From: a virus
DNA length: 36,406 nucleotides
Virus record (IMG/VR): IMGVR_UViG_3300027917_000013
Strand: one strand, 5' to 3'
Numbering within the stretch: position 1 is the stretch's first letter; every line of letters begins with the position of its first letter. Below, in pieces: positions 15,812 through 24,972 of the stretch. A model generated the notes under the pieces. It made no database searches. It was not told the origin of the DNA and saw only the letters and a program-made list of their open reading frames with translations. The translations under genes were made by a program, and so were the position numbers.

Positions 15812-15870
15812 TTTGTTTTACTCCTCGGTAAATGTTCTGATAAGCATTTGTTTATTCAATCAACCCAGGG

Positions 15871-17229
15871 TTACGAATAGTTAATACCATGTATGCCCGC
15901 GGTGTGGTCCTTACCCCGAGCGGTTGAGTCCCCGTTGTCTTGACAAGCAATTGCCTCGCGGAAACTCAACACCATGATATACAATCGTTTCCTGATATCG
16001 CGGTCAACCTCAATTAAGAGGTTGCGCTTAAAGCCTACTTTCCACATATCGCGGTGTACAAGGGCAATTTGCCCCTCGTCATTGCTTGCCGCGGTTGCGG
16101 AAACTTTACCATCATCCTCGGCAAGAGGCATGGATGCGGAAACAACAATTGGTATCCCGTCCATGCGGGCAAGCTCGCCCGTTAAGATGGTTGCTTGCGG
16201 TCCGTATTTGTCCAAGGTCCTTACATTGGTTAAGCTCAATAGGCTTATTAGATAAGTTTTGACATTTGTGATTGCCGCGATTCTCCCGGGGTCAACCCCG
16301 TACTTGCCCATTCGAGCAATACCCGCGCGCCATTCCGCGTCATCAAGAGTCGAGTCAACGTCCGTTGATTGCCCGGTACGGTCAACAAGGTAATAATGAC
16401 GAATCCCGTCTTGTCCGTTGCTCAAGTAATACGAGTCGGTTGGAGGGGTTGCATCATCAAGGTTAATATTCCCGGTTGCGGTTGCGGTTGCATCGGCATT
16501 GAGGGCAAACGCGTCCATTGCCTCCGCTCCGCTCCGCCTCAACTCCTGGGTTAAGGTTGGCAAAACTGCAATAACCGCATCCTCATCAAGGTCATAAGCC
16601 CAGTTTACCTCCGCGATATTTTCAGTTGCGGTCATTGTGGATTTTGCGGTTGCGGGGTTTTGCGCGTCCGTTGCTTCCCCAACCGTCCCTTTTCTCCACG
16701 TTATAGACCCCCAACCAACCGGGAAGTCAAACGGGTCCGAGGGCATTGCAATCGGGGTCCCAAACAAACCAACAACTCGGGACATTAAGAAAAAATCCTC
16801 CCATAGAGTCGCGGCAAGTTCAGTTGGCACATATTCATCCCCCGCGCCCGCGGTGGTTGCATCAAGCAATTTTGTCATATCATCGGATAAGGGTTTTGCG
16901 CCCTTGGGGTCAAGCTCCCGCGCCCGTTTGATGAATTGCCCCGCAAATAAAACATCGGACAATTTGCGCCCGTAAAACTTATTTGCGCGGTCCTCAACGT
17001 AACCTTGCGCCTCCGCTTTGAAACCATCGGGACCAACCCAATCCCCTTTTCGGACCGGGGTTTTATCCTTTTGAGCGTCCGCTTTTTCTTGTACCAAAGC
17101 ATCAACTTTCCCGCTCAATTCCTCCGCGAGTTTGTCAATGTCAATAGTTGTGCGGTCCTCTTTATGCTCTTTTACAACGGTTGTTAATTCTTGAATTGAT
17201 TGAATCAATTCATCCTGTTTATCCGTCAT
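15871..17229 (-). CDS. Major capsid protein, HK97 family
   Basis: 452 aa following the prohead protease. It has a charged, coiled N-terminal delta-like region and then a core (…GAGDEYVPTELAATLWEDFFLMSRVVGLFG…) typical of HK97-fold capsid proteins. Confidence 0.8.
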   Translation of the reverse strand: MTDKQDELIQSIQELTTVVKEHKEDRTTIDIDKLAEELSGKVDALVQEKADAQKDKTPVRKGDWVGPDGFKAEAQGYVEDRANKFYGRKLSDVLFAGQFIKRARELDPKGAKPLSDDMTKLLDATTAGAGDEYVPTELAATLWEDFFLMSRVVGLFGTPIAMPSDPFDFPVGWGSITWRKGTVGEATDAQNPATAKSTMTATENIAEVNWAYDLDEDAVIAVLPTLTQELRRSGAEAMDAFALNADATATATGNINLDDATPPTDSYYLSNGQDGIRHYYLVDRTGQSTDVDSTLDDAEWRAGIARMGKYGVDPGRIAAITNVKTYLISLLSLTNVRTLDKYGPQATILTGELARMDGIPIVVSASMPLAEDDGKVSATAASNDEGQIALVHRDMWKVGFKRNLLIEVDRDIRKRLYIMVLSFREAIACQDNGDSTARGKDHTAGIHGINYS

Positions 17230-17965
17230 TGTTAAATTCCTCCGTTAAGTCTTGTATAACATTTGATAAACTGTCAATTACCTCGGGGGGTAATTCCGTT
17301 TCACTCGCGTCGGGTATTGGTTCATTTGTGTTTGGTTCAACGTCATTATCCTCGGGTAATTCTGAAACGGGGTCATCTTGCTCCCCGTCATCATTCGTTT
17401 GTGTTTCCTTAAGCAATTCATCAAGCGTTTTAAGGGCAAGCCTCAACGCGTCTTGGTTTGCGGGTATTGTTACAATGCTTGACTCCAACATTTCCCATTT
17501 TTTGTAAACCCGTCCCCGTTGCAAGGGCTCCCCAGTTTCATCGGTACGCTTTTCCCATTCAACCGGGATAAACCCAACTGACATTGCATTTAAAAATCCC
17601 TTGTCCCATAAATCCCTTACAAGGTCCGCCTTGGCATTAATGCCCCGCTCAATAAACTGAAAGACCTTTTTGACTCCCTTACCCGGTATCAAGGAAACCT
17701 CAATTGCTTTTGCGACAACCGCGCCCGGGTCATAATAGTTATGCCCAAAAAGGATTACCGGGTTTTTATAATAATTGGTAAGGTCCGCGCCCTCCGCAAG
17801 TAATATATCCCCGTCCCGGTCAACTGATTCAGTTGAAACCATTGCCTCATAAATGCCCGCCTCGGGGTCAACCGCTTTTGATTCAATTACAAATGTTTTA
17901 CGTAATTTAACGTTACCTTTTTCAATCATTGCGTTAAAAAACGATTCGGTATTTGCGTCATTCAT
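17219..17965 (-). CDS. Prohead protease, HK97 / S78 family
   Basis: 248 aa. The sequence MVSTESVDRDGDILLAEG...PVILFGHNY matches the conserved N-terminal core of HK97-type prohead proteases. It lies between the portal and capsid genes. Confidence 0.8.
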   Translation of the reverse strand: MNDANTESFFNAMIEKGNVKLRKTFVIESKAVDPEAGIYEAMVSTESVDRDGDILLAEGADLTNYYKNPVILFGHNYYDPGAVVAKAIEVSLIPGKGVKKVFQFIERGINAKADLVRDLWDKGFLNAMSVGFIPVEWEKRTDETGEPLQRGRVYKKWEMLESSIVTIPANQDALRLALKTLDELLKETQTNDDGEQDDPVSELPEDNDVEPNTNEPIPDASETELPPEVIDSLSNVIQDLTEEFNNDG

Positions 17966-20082
17966 TCCTCAACCTCCGGTATCATCACACATAAACAATT
18001 GATAATATTGCCCGGGCTCCCGTTTGGGTCCCCTGGGTATTCCAATTGCTCATTGCCAACAACAAACATTTCATTGATTCCAACTCTTTGGTTATGCGCC
18101 GCGGCATGTTCGTCGCGCGTCCTCCCTGGGAGCAATGCGGAAATCCATATTTTCTTTTTGACAACCTCGGATTGGTCCCATGCTTGTTGGTCCGCAAAGT
18201 TGCTTGCGCCCGTCATTGTTGTCCTTGCAATACGCTCCGTTTGATAATCCGATTTGCGCCCGCCAAAGAAATTATTGATACGCTCTTGCATTGACGGAAT
18301 ACCCTCCCCCGCAAGCTCGGACTCTTGGATTATACCAATTAACCCGTTCCATGTTGTATCATTTACCTTTTGGGCAACCGTCCTTAATATATGCTCAATG
18401 CCAGTCCTTACAAGGGGAGCGTCAACGTCAAAGAGTAAATCAATCCCGAGCCCGTCAAGCTCATTTTGTCCAACCTGGGCAACCGTCCCTGCAACTGGGG
18501 GACCAAAACGCTTTATAAATTCGTCAACCCATTGCTCAAAATCAAATAAGTCCTCGGGGGTTGGAATCCGCTCGGGCTCCCGGGATTGAAACTTGCCGCG
18601 CCCGTAAATGCGGGAATTGCGGAGCCTTGCGTTAATTTCGTTTTGTTGGTCTTGGAAATAACGCTTAAGGGCGCGCCTCATGGAGTCAACTTGCTTGTCA
18701 ATTTGTTTTTGAGCCTTGCCCCAAATCGCCTCATGTTCTGCGCTTCCGTATTCGGGACCAATCATTTTATTTTTGGGGTCATTGATTCCCAGGTTATCAA
18801 CCCGAGGAGTAACAAACGCGCCCGCCTCCGAAATCGGGACCAAATTAACGGGAATATATCCAATGTCCCCGCCCTCAACCTCGGGCAAACCCAACCCCAG
18901 GTATTCGTTAAGCTCATTGACGGGATACCCCCGGTTTGCCAAGCGGTCAAGTTGGTCAATCTTGCTTGTCTTGTCCTCTTGCAACTGGGGAATCATTGTC
19001 AAGTTGGTCCTTACCTCAAGACCCCGCTCAATCTTGTTGTTTTTGCGGAAAAAGCGGGTTAACCCGTCATCCCTGAAACGGATAAGCGGGACAAGCGTCA
19101 AGGTCCACAAAACCCGGTCCGCGGTGTCAAAGTTTTCATAAGTATCCCGCCCGTAACCCATGATTTCATCGGGGACCCCGAAAAGCGCGCCCACCTCGTC
19201 GCGGTTAAACTTGCGTTGCTCCAACCATTCAACGTCTTTGGGAGGAAATGAAAAGGGCTTAATATCTGTAACCCCGTCCTCAAGTATGATTGGTTTATGC
19301 AACCCCTCCCCGGTCCCATAATCCCGCATAAGCTCATTCATATATTCATCCCGCTCAGTTTTGGTCAAACCATTGGGAGCAATCAAAGCATAATCCGGGC
19401 GGGCTTGATTGCGAAAAAATAACCGGGTCCATGCTTGCGCCAATTGGTCAATGATAATACCAATGCGGACCGCGGTAATGGGAGCAAGCCCGCGCCAAGG
19501 GTTGAGCGGGTTATAAAACTTGAAATGTATAAACTCCTCCGGGTCAAGTATGTAATCCGGTCCGTAACCGTCATCAATCTTGTAACCCGCAACCTTGCGG
19601 TACCTTTTTCCTTTTTTCTCGGGTTTTACATGGAATATATGAGGCTCCCTGGGATACATTTCAAGGATTGCATTTTGCGTTTGGTTCATTACCAATTCAA
19701 CCCCTTGCTCCCCGCCAAGCATCATATTAACAACCCATTCCCCCCAAAAATCCGCTTGTGACATTTCCTCATTGGGATAATCCAAAACGTCATTCAAAGG
19801 ATGATTATCCTTGGTTTCGTAACTGTCCCCGGTTTGCTCAACAACATTTATATCAAGCGGAGCAATCGAATCCTTGAGGACCTTGATTGCTTTGTGTACC
19901 CAAGTTTGGGTTTGATAGAAATCCGCATTGCCCAAGAACGTCCCCCGAGCAACCCCCCGCTCCTCCCCGCTCATTATCCGCATGATTGGCAACCTCCATT
20001 GCAAATCGGGATGCAAATCATACAATGGGGAGGGGTTGGTTTGTTTGTTTACCCGGTCCGTTATTCGTTTCAATATACTCAT
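17962..20082 (-). CDS. Portal protein fused to a MuF-like (SPP1 gp7-like) minor head protein domain
   Basis: 706 aa. The N-terminal roughly 430 aa are portal-like by position and length. The C-terminus has MuF hallmarks: RIARTTMTGASNFADQQAW, WISALLPGRTRDEHAAAHNQ and PGDPNGSPGNIINCLCV. Confidence 0.75.
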   Translation of the reverse strand: MSILKRITDRVNKQTNPSPLYDLHPDLQWRLPIMRIMSGEERGVARGTFLGNADFYQTQTWVHKAIKVLKDSIAPLDINVVEQTGDSYETKDNHPLNDVLDYPNEEMSQADFWGEWVVNMMLGGEQGVELVMNQTQNAILEMYPREPHIFHVKPEKKGKRYRKVAGYKIDDGYGPDYILDPEEFIHFKFYNPLNPWRGLAPITAVRIGIIIDQLAQAWTRLFFRNQARPDYALIAPNGLTKTERDEYMNELMRDYGTGEGLHKPIILEDGVTDIKPFSFPPKDVEWLEQRKFNRDEVGALFGVPDEIMGYGRDTYENFDTADRVLWTLTLVPLIRFRDDGLTRFFRKNNKIERGLEVRTNLTMIPQLQEDKTSKIDQLDRLANRGYPVNELNEYLGLGLPEVEGGDIGYIPVNLVPISEAGAFVTPRVDNLGINDPKNKMIGPEYGSAEHEAIWGKAQKQIDKQVDSMRRALKRYFQDQQNEINARLRNSRIYGRGKFQSREPERIPTPEDLFDFEQWVDEFIKRFGPPVAGTVAQVGQNELDGLGIDLLFDVDAPLVRTGIEHILRTVAQKVNDTTWNGLIGIIQESELAGEGIPSMQERINNFFGGRKSDYQTERIARTTMTGASNFADQQAWDQSEVVKKKIWISALLPGRTRDEHAAAHNQRVGINEMFVVGNEQLEYPGDPNGSPGNIINCLCVMIPEVEE

Positions 20083-20222
20083 AATTTAATACCCATTTCA
20101 TAACCCTCGATTAATGCCGCGACAAAGTATTTACAAAGTTTAACCGTTGCCCCGGCAATTATCCCCAAACCAATCGGTATTAAAGCAAACAACCAACCAA
20201 GCGCGGATTTGATTTTTGTCAA
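20079..20222 (-). CDS. Small single-TM peptide (47 aa, TTG start), absent from the ORF track
   Basis: My hand translation is (M)TKIKSALGWLFALIPIGLGIIAGATVKLCKYFVAALIEGYEMGIKL. GGGAGG lies 8 nt upstream. The TTG overlaps the TGA of the 894-aa gene, and the stop overlaps the portal ATG as ATGA. This fills an otherwise unexplained 136-nt gap. Confidence 0.45.
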   Translation of the reverse strand: MTKIKSALGWLFALIPIGLGIIAGATVKLCKYFVAALIEGYEMGIKL

Positions 20223-22903
20223 CGTTTGTGCCTCCCGCGTAATTTGTTGTAACGATTACCTGGGACCCCCAACTGATTCAAACGGTCATACCGTAATTTT
20301 CGTTTTACCCATTTCCGGGGTTGCTCCTCGGGGGTAACAATATCAATGTCAACCAATTCCCCAAGGATAACCGCGTCAAGTACATTAATTGATAAATCCC
20401 CGCCCGATAAAACCAAAACGTTTATTGCATCGGCAACCGTTACATTATCCGTTACCCCGATTTGCAAAGCATCCGGTAACAAGAGGCTTGCCGCGTCCGC
20501 AACCGTCAAACCATCAAGGGCTTGAATAAATAATAAGGTTGCAAGGTCAATTTCATCCGCAACTGTAACCCCGTCCGTTTCCGATATTTCGAGTTTGAGC
20601 GGGTCCAAGTTTGCCGCGTCCGCAACGGTAACCCCGTCCTCAACGTTGATATAAAGGATGCCCTCAACCGGGATTGATACGTTTACCGCATCGGCAACCG
20701 TTACCGCGTCCGTTTCAAATATCTCAATCAATAACGGGTCAACCTGGGCAATGTCCGCAACCTCAACCCCGTCCGTTACATCAACTTGCAACGGGGTCAT
20801 TGTTACGCTTACAAATTCATCAACGGTTAACCCATCGGAAACATTGACATATATAACACCCTCAACCGGGAGGTTGACGTTGATTTCCTCCCCAACCGTT
20901 ACACCCTCCGCAATCGCGATTTGCAACGCGTCCGGTAATGATACGCTTACAAATTCGCCCAGGTCAACATTGTCCGCAACGTCAATCCTTATGGGTATTT
21001 CAACGTTTGTAAACTCCCCGAGAGTCAACCCCTCCGCAATCGCGATTTGTAAAGCATCGGGCAAAATGACGTTGATAAATTCGGCAAGCGTTGTCCCGTC
21101 CGTAACGTCAATTTGTAAAGCATCGGGCAAGGTTACGTTGATGATTTCGCCCAGGTTTACCCCGTCCGTTGTACTGATTTCGAGCTTGATTGCTCCTACC
21201 TGGGCAATGTCCGCAACGGTCAACCCGTCAAGCTCGGCAATCTGTAAAGCTCCCATTTCGAGGTTAACGATTTCCGCGATTGTTACCCCGTCCGTTTTGC
21301 TTATCTCAAGTTTGATTGGGGCAACTGCAACGATTTCGGAAACGATTACCCCGTCCGAAACCTCAATTGTTAGGTTTGCCTCCCCTGGGATATTGACGTT
21401 GACAAACTCGGAAACGGTCAACCCATCGGTTTTATTTATCTGTAACGCATCGGGGAGGGTTACGTTAACAAACTCCCCCAGGTTGATGTTATCGGATACG
21501 TTTACCTCAAGTTTAATTGGTCCAATATTGACAAACTCCGAAACTGTAACCCCGTCCGTTTCCGATATTTCCAAATTGGATAAAATGACGTTGATGATTT
21601 CCCCAAGGTTTACCGCGTCCGAAACATTGATTTGCAGATTACCCAAGCGGACCGTTACCAATTCGCCAAGCGTTATCCCCTCGGTTTCGGATATAAAGGA
21701 TTTGAGCCTTGCGGTTACTTGCTCCCCCAGGGTTACTCCGTCCGTTTCAACAATCCCGGCAAGTTTGGTTTCAACCGTTACGATTTCGTCAACCGTTACC
21801 CCGTCCGTTTCCGAAACGGATAAATCCCCGCCCAGGTCCAAAGTATTGAAATAAATATTGCTCCCGTCCGTAAATATGTACCCAATTTCATTTGAGCTTG
21901 ACGGAGGTTTTTCAACCATTAACCGGGTATATGTTCCGGTTTCAATTGCTCCCCCATCGGTCCAACCGCTCCCGGTATTATAAATGTAATGAACGTCCGC
22001 GCTTGTATCTATATAAAATATATATTGGTCCGTCCCAACATAAAGCGCATCAAGTAAATATTGTCTATTGGTAGATACTACGTTGTAACCTGTATCCGAT
22101 AAAGTATCAACGTCCGCGCCCTCATAAATGTTGTCATTATTATCCGCAAAAACAATCCAAGGGGTTGTGCCTGAAACGTCAATTGCCATGCCTGCACTTG
22201 CTTGGTCCGCAACCCCCTCATCCTCGGTTCCCCAGGTTCCGCTTGTCCGCTTGCGGTAATAACCGTCCTTATCGTTTGTTGTTTCAGTATAAGATGATGA
22301 ACCACTATAAACAACGTGCGGGTCATCTGCGGTGTCAAGGACCATATCAACCATATTACAATGTTCTTGTATATCGGTTGCGCTTACTTTTTCTTGGGTT
22401 GCCCAAGATGCCCCGGTCCGGTTTGAATAATAAGGGTGTCCGTATGTTGTACCCTTAATTTTTAAACCCATTGTTGTTAAAACGTGAGGTTTGTCATTGC
22501 TATCAATCCAAATTCTTATATCCCCGTAAGTTGTAAATGCCAATAAACCATCAACAACAATACCAACTGATTCCCAAGACCCCAACCATGAATCGGTTCC
22601 GGTATCATATACCCGATAATAAAGAGGGGTTGCAAAAGGTAAACCAACAACAACGTGAATATCATCCGTTGAATCAATTGCCGCGTCCATTGCAGTAAAT
22701 TCTTCATCCGCGCCAACAATGTCATTATCTGTAACGGTTGATTGCAATGACGGGGAAGTATCAACATTTTTATATATCCGAAATTCGGGGTATCCGTATG
22801 TCCCTTTTGTACCTCCCGGGACAATAGCATACCAAACCCCGCCCGAGGTTTTAACAACCGCTCCGCGCAAATCTAAACTTGCCGCGTTGATTGTGATTGC
22901 CAT
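20219..22903 (-). CDS. Large virion-associated repeat protein with a propeller-like N-terminal domain, 23 tandem repeats and a basic tail
   Basis: 894-aa ORF. The N-terminal roughly 355 aa show a recurring D..D.PHVV / G..W pattern suggesting beta-propeller blades. Residues 364-856 are tandem repeats. The last 38 aa contain 13 Lys/Arg. Confidence 0.85.
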   Translation of the reverse strand: MAITINAASLDLRGAVVKTSGGVWYAIVPGGTKGTYGYPEFRIYKNVDTSPSLQSTVTDNDIVGADEEFTAMDAAIDSTDDIHVVVGLPFATPLYYRVYDTGTDSWLGSWESVGIVVDGLLAFTTYGDIRIWIDSNDKPHVLTTMGLKIKGTTYGHPYYSNRTGASWATQEKVSATDIQEHCNMVDMVLDTADDPHVVYSGSSSYTETTNDKDGYYRKRTSGTWGTEDEGVADQASAGMAIDVSGTTPWIVFADNNDNIYEGADVDTLSDTGYNVVSTNRQYLLDALYVGTDQYIFYIDTSADVHYIYNTGSGWTDGGAIETGTYTRLMVEKPPSSSNEIGYIFTDGSNIYFNTLDLGGDLSVSETDGVTVDEIVTVETKLAGIVETDGVTLGEQVTARLKSFISETEGITLGELVTVRLGNLQINVSDAVNLGEIINVILSNLEISETDGVTVSEFVNIGPIKLEVNVSDNINLGEFVNVTLPDALQINKTDGLTVSEFVNVNIPGEANLTIEVSDGVIVSEIVAVAPIKLEISKTDGVTIAEIVNLEMGALQIAELDGLTVADIAQVGAIKLEISTTDGVNLGEIINVTLPDALQIDVTDGTTLAEFINVILPDALQIAIAEGLTLGEFTNVEIPIRIDVADNVDLGEFVSVSLPDALQIAIAEGVTVGEEINVNLPVEGVIYVNVSDGLTVDEFVSVTMTPLQVDVTDGVEVADIAQVDPLLIEIFETDAVTVADAVNVSIPVEGILYINVEDGVTVADAANLDPLKLEISETDGVTVADEIDLATLLFIQALDGLTVADAASLLLPDALQIGVTDNVTVADAINVLVLSGGDLSINVLDAVILGELVDIDIVTPEEQPRKWVKRKLRYDRLNQLGVPGNRYNKLRGRHKR
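20336..21814 (-). repeat. Coding tandem repeat array (23 degenerate units of 15-25 aa, mostly 19-25)
   Basis: Units include SETDGVTVDEIVTVETKLAGIV, SDNINLGEFVNVTLPDALQIN and VTDGTTLAEFINVILPDALQIA. I parsed 23 units by hand. The periodicity also produces a 398-aa shadow ORF on the plus strand. Confidence 0.85.
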
Positions 22904-23337
22904 TATTCAACAACCTCAACAAACTTATATGAGCAATCGGGGAATTGCTCATGCCAGTATTTCGAGTCCTCAACCATCTTTGGGGGATGCGGTTTACAGG
23001 TTTGCTCCCAAATCCAATGATAGGTTGAGCCATAAAGCGCGCAAGTCATATCATCCTTTAAAAACGGGCATTGAGTATTTCCGGGTTTGTGCAAACCGTT
23101 TCCCCATTCATAAGGGTATTCAAGTCCGTCAACGATTGCAATCCCGCTCATTTGGATTTGCAACCGCTCCCCATCTTTGCCAGTTACCCCGCAAAGTTGC
23201 GATTGCGGGAAAGATTTATGATAGTCCTTTGCTTGCCAAGCGCGGTATTGCTCCGGGGTATTCTTACCCCAGGGATTCTCCCCATTGGTCCCGCAACATT
23301 GCCCGCAAAGGTTACACTCGCCAACGCGCTTAAACAT
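22903..23337 (-). CDS. CxxCxxCC-family (YkgJ/UPF0153-like) Zn/Fe-S protein
   Basis: 144 aa with ECNLCGQCC near the N-terminus and QCPFLKDDMTCALY later, which is the signature arrangement of the CxxCxxCC family. The stop overlaps the next ATG as TAATG. Confidence 0.65.
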   Translation of the reverse strand: MFKRVGECNLCGQCCGTNGENPWGKNTPEQYRAWQAKDYHKSFPQSQLCGVTGKDGERLQIQMSGIAIVDGLEYPYEWGNGLHKPGNTQCPFLKDDMTCALYGSTYHWIWEQTCKPHPPKMVEDSKYWHEQFPDCSYKFVEVVE

Positions 23338-23341
23338 TCAC

Positions 23342-23584
23342 TTAATCCTTTGGGTTGAAAATCGCGGTTGCTTTTATTCCGTCCTCAACTTGAATACCCA
23401 GGGTTGGGGGGTTTTGGTCCGCCTCAACCGGGACATAAACGTTGATGGTATAAGCATTGCAATTCCCAAGACCCGGGACATAAATACCAATTTCATGGTT
23501 TTTACTCAAAGAGCGGACCATTGCAACCCCGGGGATTGCCTCAACCGCTTTTAACAAGTCCTCATATTTCAAATCATCCGTCAT
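23342..23584 (-). CDS. Hypothetical protein
   Basis: 80-aa ORF starting immediately after the GT stop. No family recognised. Confidence 0.65.
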   Translation of the reverse strand: MTDDLKYEDLLKAVEAIPGVAMVRSLSKNHEIGIYVPGLGNCNAYTINVYVPVEADQNPPTLGIQVEDGIKATAIFNPKD

Positions 23585-24391
23585 TTATGCAACCTCATAA
23601 TTGGGGAATTTGCTCCCGTCAATATTGATATGAAAACAAAATAAATTGGTATCAACAAGAAAAGGGTATTTTTTGCGTTGATACTTGGACCAACCCGCTT
23701 TTTTAAAATACTCGCCTTGTATGACCCGGTTGCACCATTCAAGGTCCGAGGTCCCCGAAAAGGTATTAAATTGGTTTGCCTCCTCAACAAAATAAACCCG
23801 TTGCGGGGTATCGAATACGCGCCTTGTTACCGTCCCCTTTATTTGGTATTCGGGGGACTCTTTCCACATTTCGCGGAGTATCCCCATGTGAATTAACAAA
23901 AACCCGGTTGGGACCCCGCTTGCCCAAACCAACTCCCCGCGCTTGAAATCGGTATAAACCGAGGTCCCGCGCCCTCGGAAAATCAAGGGCTCGGAAGGTT
24001 CCGCCCGCGTGTAGTAAAGACCGGAAACAACCGGGGTATCCTCATCCCTGATATATTGATTGAGTCTCAAAAGCGCGTCCCCAGGGGCAATAACATCATG
24101 CTCCCATAAGAGCAACCATTCAAAATCTTTTTCAATGGCGCGCTTGACAATCAGGTTTTGAGCGTCCGCAACTTGGTAACGCAAGGGGAAATATCCGCCC
24201 ATGTATTCGAGCGTTGTAACCTGGGACCAATTGACGGGGATGATTTGCCCGTATCGGGATTGTGTCCATTCGACTCGGACAATCCCCAGGGTTGCGGTCC
24301 CAATCATTACTCGATTGATATAACCCTCCCCCCCATCTTGCACAATTATTCGATAATCGCGGACCGGGTTTGACTCCTCTTTTTTATTCAT
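23585..24391 (-). CDS. GT-A fold glycosyltransferase-like protein
   Basis: 268 aa. It has LLLWEHDV in the DxD position, and also YYTR, GFLLIHMGILRE and GTSDLEWCNRV. These elements are collinear with the N-terminal half of the 467-aa GT-MTase (CFLDSDA, FYTR, GLHCVLIRREVFE, GTSEDMAFSRE). Confidence 0.55.
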   Translation of the reverse strand: MNKKEESNPVRDYRIIVQDGGEGYINRVMIGTATLGIVRVEWTQSRYGQIIPVNWSQVTTLEYMGGYFPLRYQVADAQNLIVKRAIEKDFEWLLLWEHDVIAPGDALLRLNQYIRDEDTPVVSGLYYTRAEPSEPLIFRGRGTSVYTDFKRGELVWASGVPTGFLLIHMGILREMWKESPEYQIKGTVTRRVFDTPQRVYFVEEANQFNTFSGTSDLEWCNRVIQGEYFKKAGWSKYQRKKYPFLVDTNLFCFHINIDGSKFPNYEVA

Positions 24392-24941
24392 AATATGATT
24401 TGTCCTCCCGCCTCTTGATAAGTATTACCTCCATATTTCCGGTTGGGTCCCAACTGGGGGAATCCCCGATTGGTCCCGCAATTTTCCAAGGTTTCGGACG
24501 GTAAAACTTGTAAAGCAAGCCCTTATCCTTAACATGTAAGGGGTCAAAATACAACCATGTATTTTCATTCAAAAAGTTGATATGAGTCGGGTCTTGGAGC
24601 ATTCCTGGGCTTGCCCCATGAGGGCATGAAATGGCAAATTGCCCGTCCGGTTTCAGGATGCGCCAAACTTCATCCATAAACTCAACGAATGGGAATCTTG
24701 TCCCCTTTTCCGTTATGGCAACCGGGGGGATATGCTCAACCAAATGAGAGCAAACCGCGCGTATCGCGCAAGCATCGGGCAAGGGCTCCCAGGGATGAAT
24801 ATTTATATCCCAAATAATATCAACCCCCGGGAGCTTTTGCACATCAAGCCCAACCCAATCCGGTCCTTGCTTGTTTGCTCCGCACCCAATATCAAGTTGA
24901 ATCCCGCTTGCATCCGCAAGTAAACGCTTTATATCATTCAT
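24384..24941 (-). CDS. Class I SAM-dependent methyltransferase
   Basis: 185 aa from ATG 24941, preceded by AAGAGGAGTCAACTT. Motifs are LDIGCGANK (motif I), CSHLVEHI and ILKPDGQFAI. There is no DPPY/NPPY-type DNA-MTase motif. The ORF-track start at 24986 lacks an RBS and overlaps the upstream gene. Confidence 0.7.
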   Translation of the reverse strand: MNDIKRLLADASGIQLDIGCGANKQGPDWVGLDVQKLPGVDIIWDINIHPWEPLPDACAIRAVCSHLVEHIPPVAITEKGTRFPFVEFMDEVWRILKPDGQFAISCPHGASPGMLQDPTHINFLNENTWLYFDPLHVKDKGLLYKFYRPKPWKIAGPIGDSPSWDPTGNMEVILIKRREDKSYYE

Positions 24942-24972
24942 AAGTTGACTCCTCTTTTGAGATGTAAACCGT

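Noticed and set aside
20336-21814. Regularly spaced repeats of about 60-70 nt that could superficially look like a CRISPR array or a non-coding satellite
   Set aside because: The repeats are degenerate rather than exact, have no unique spacers, and lie in one uninterrupted reading frame encoding a coherent peptide repeat. No cas genes are present.
20658-21854. 398-aa plus-strand ORF (Ser/Thr/Pro-rich) opposite the 894-aa gene
   Set aside because: It is a shadow ORF created by the periodic repeat array on the minus strand. It has no RBS, its composition is low-complexity, and it is wholly antisense to a gene that fits the operon structure.
24384-24941. The methyltransferases (here and at 13876-14600) as DNA methyltransferases of an R-M or anti-restriction system
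   Set aside because: I found no (D/N/S)PP(Y/F/W) or PC/ENV catalytic motifs and no target-recognition-domain-sized region. They sit in the late operon fused or adjacent to glycosyltransferases, so small-molecule, sugar or protein methylation is more likely. This was not tested.
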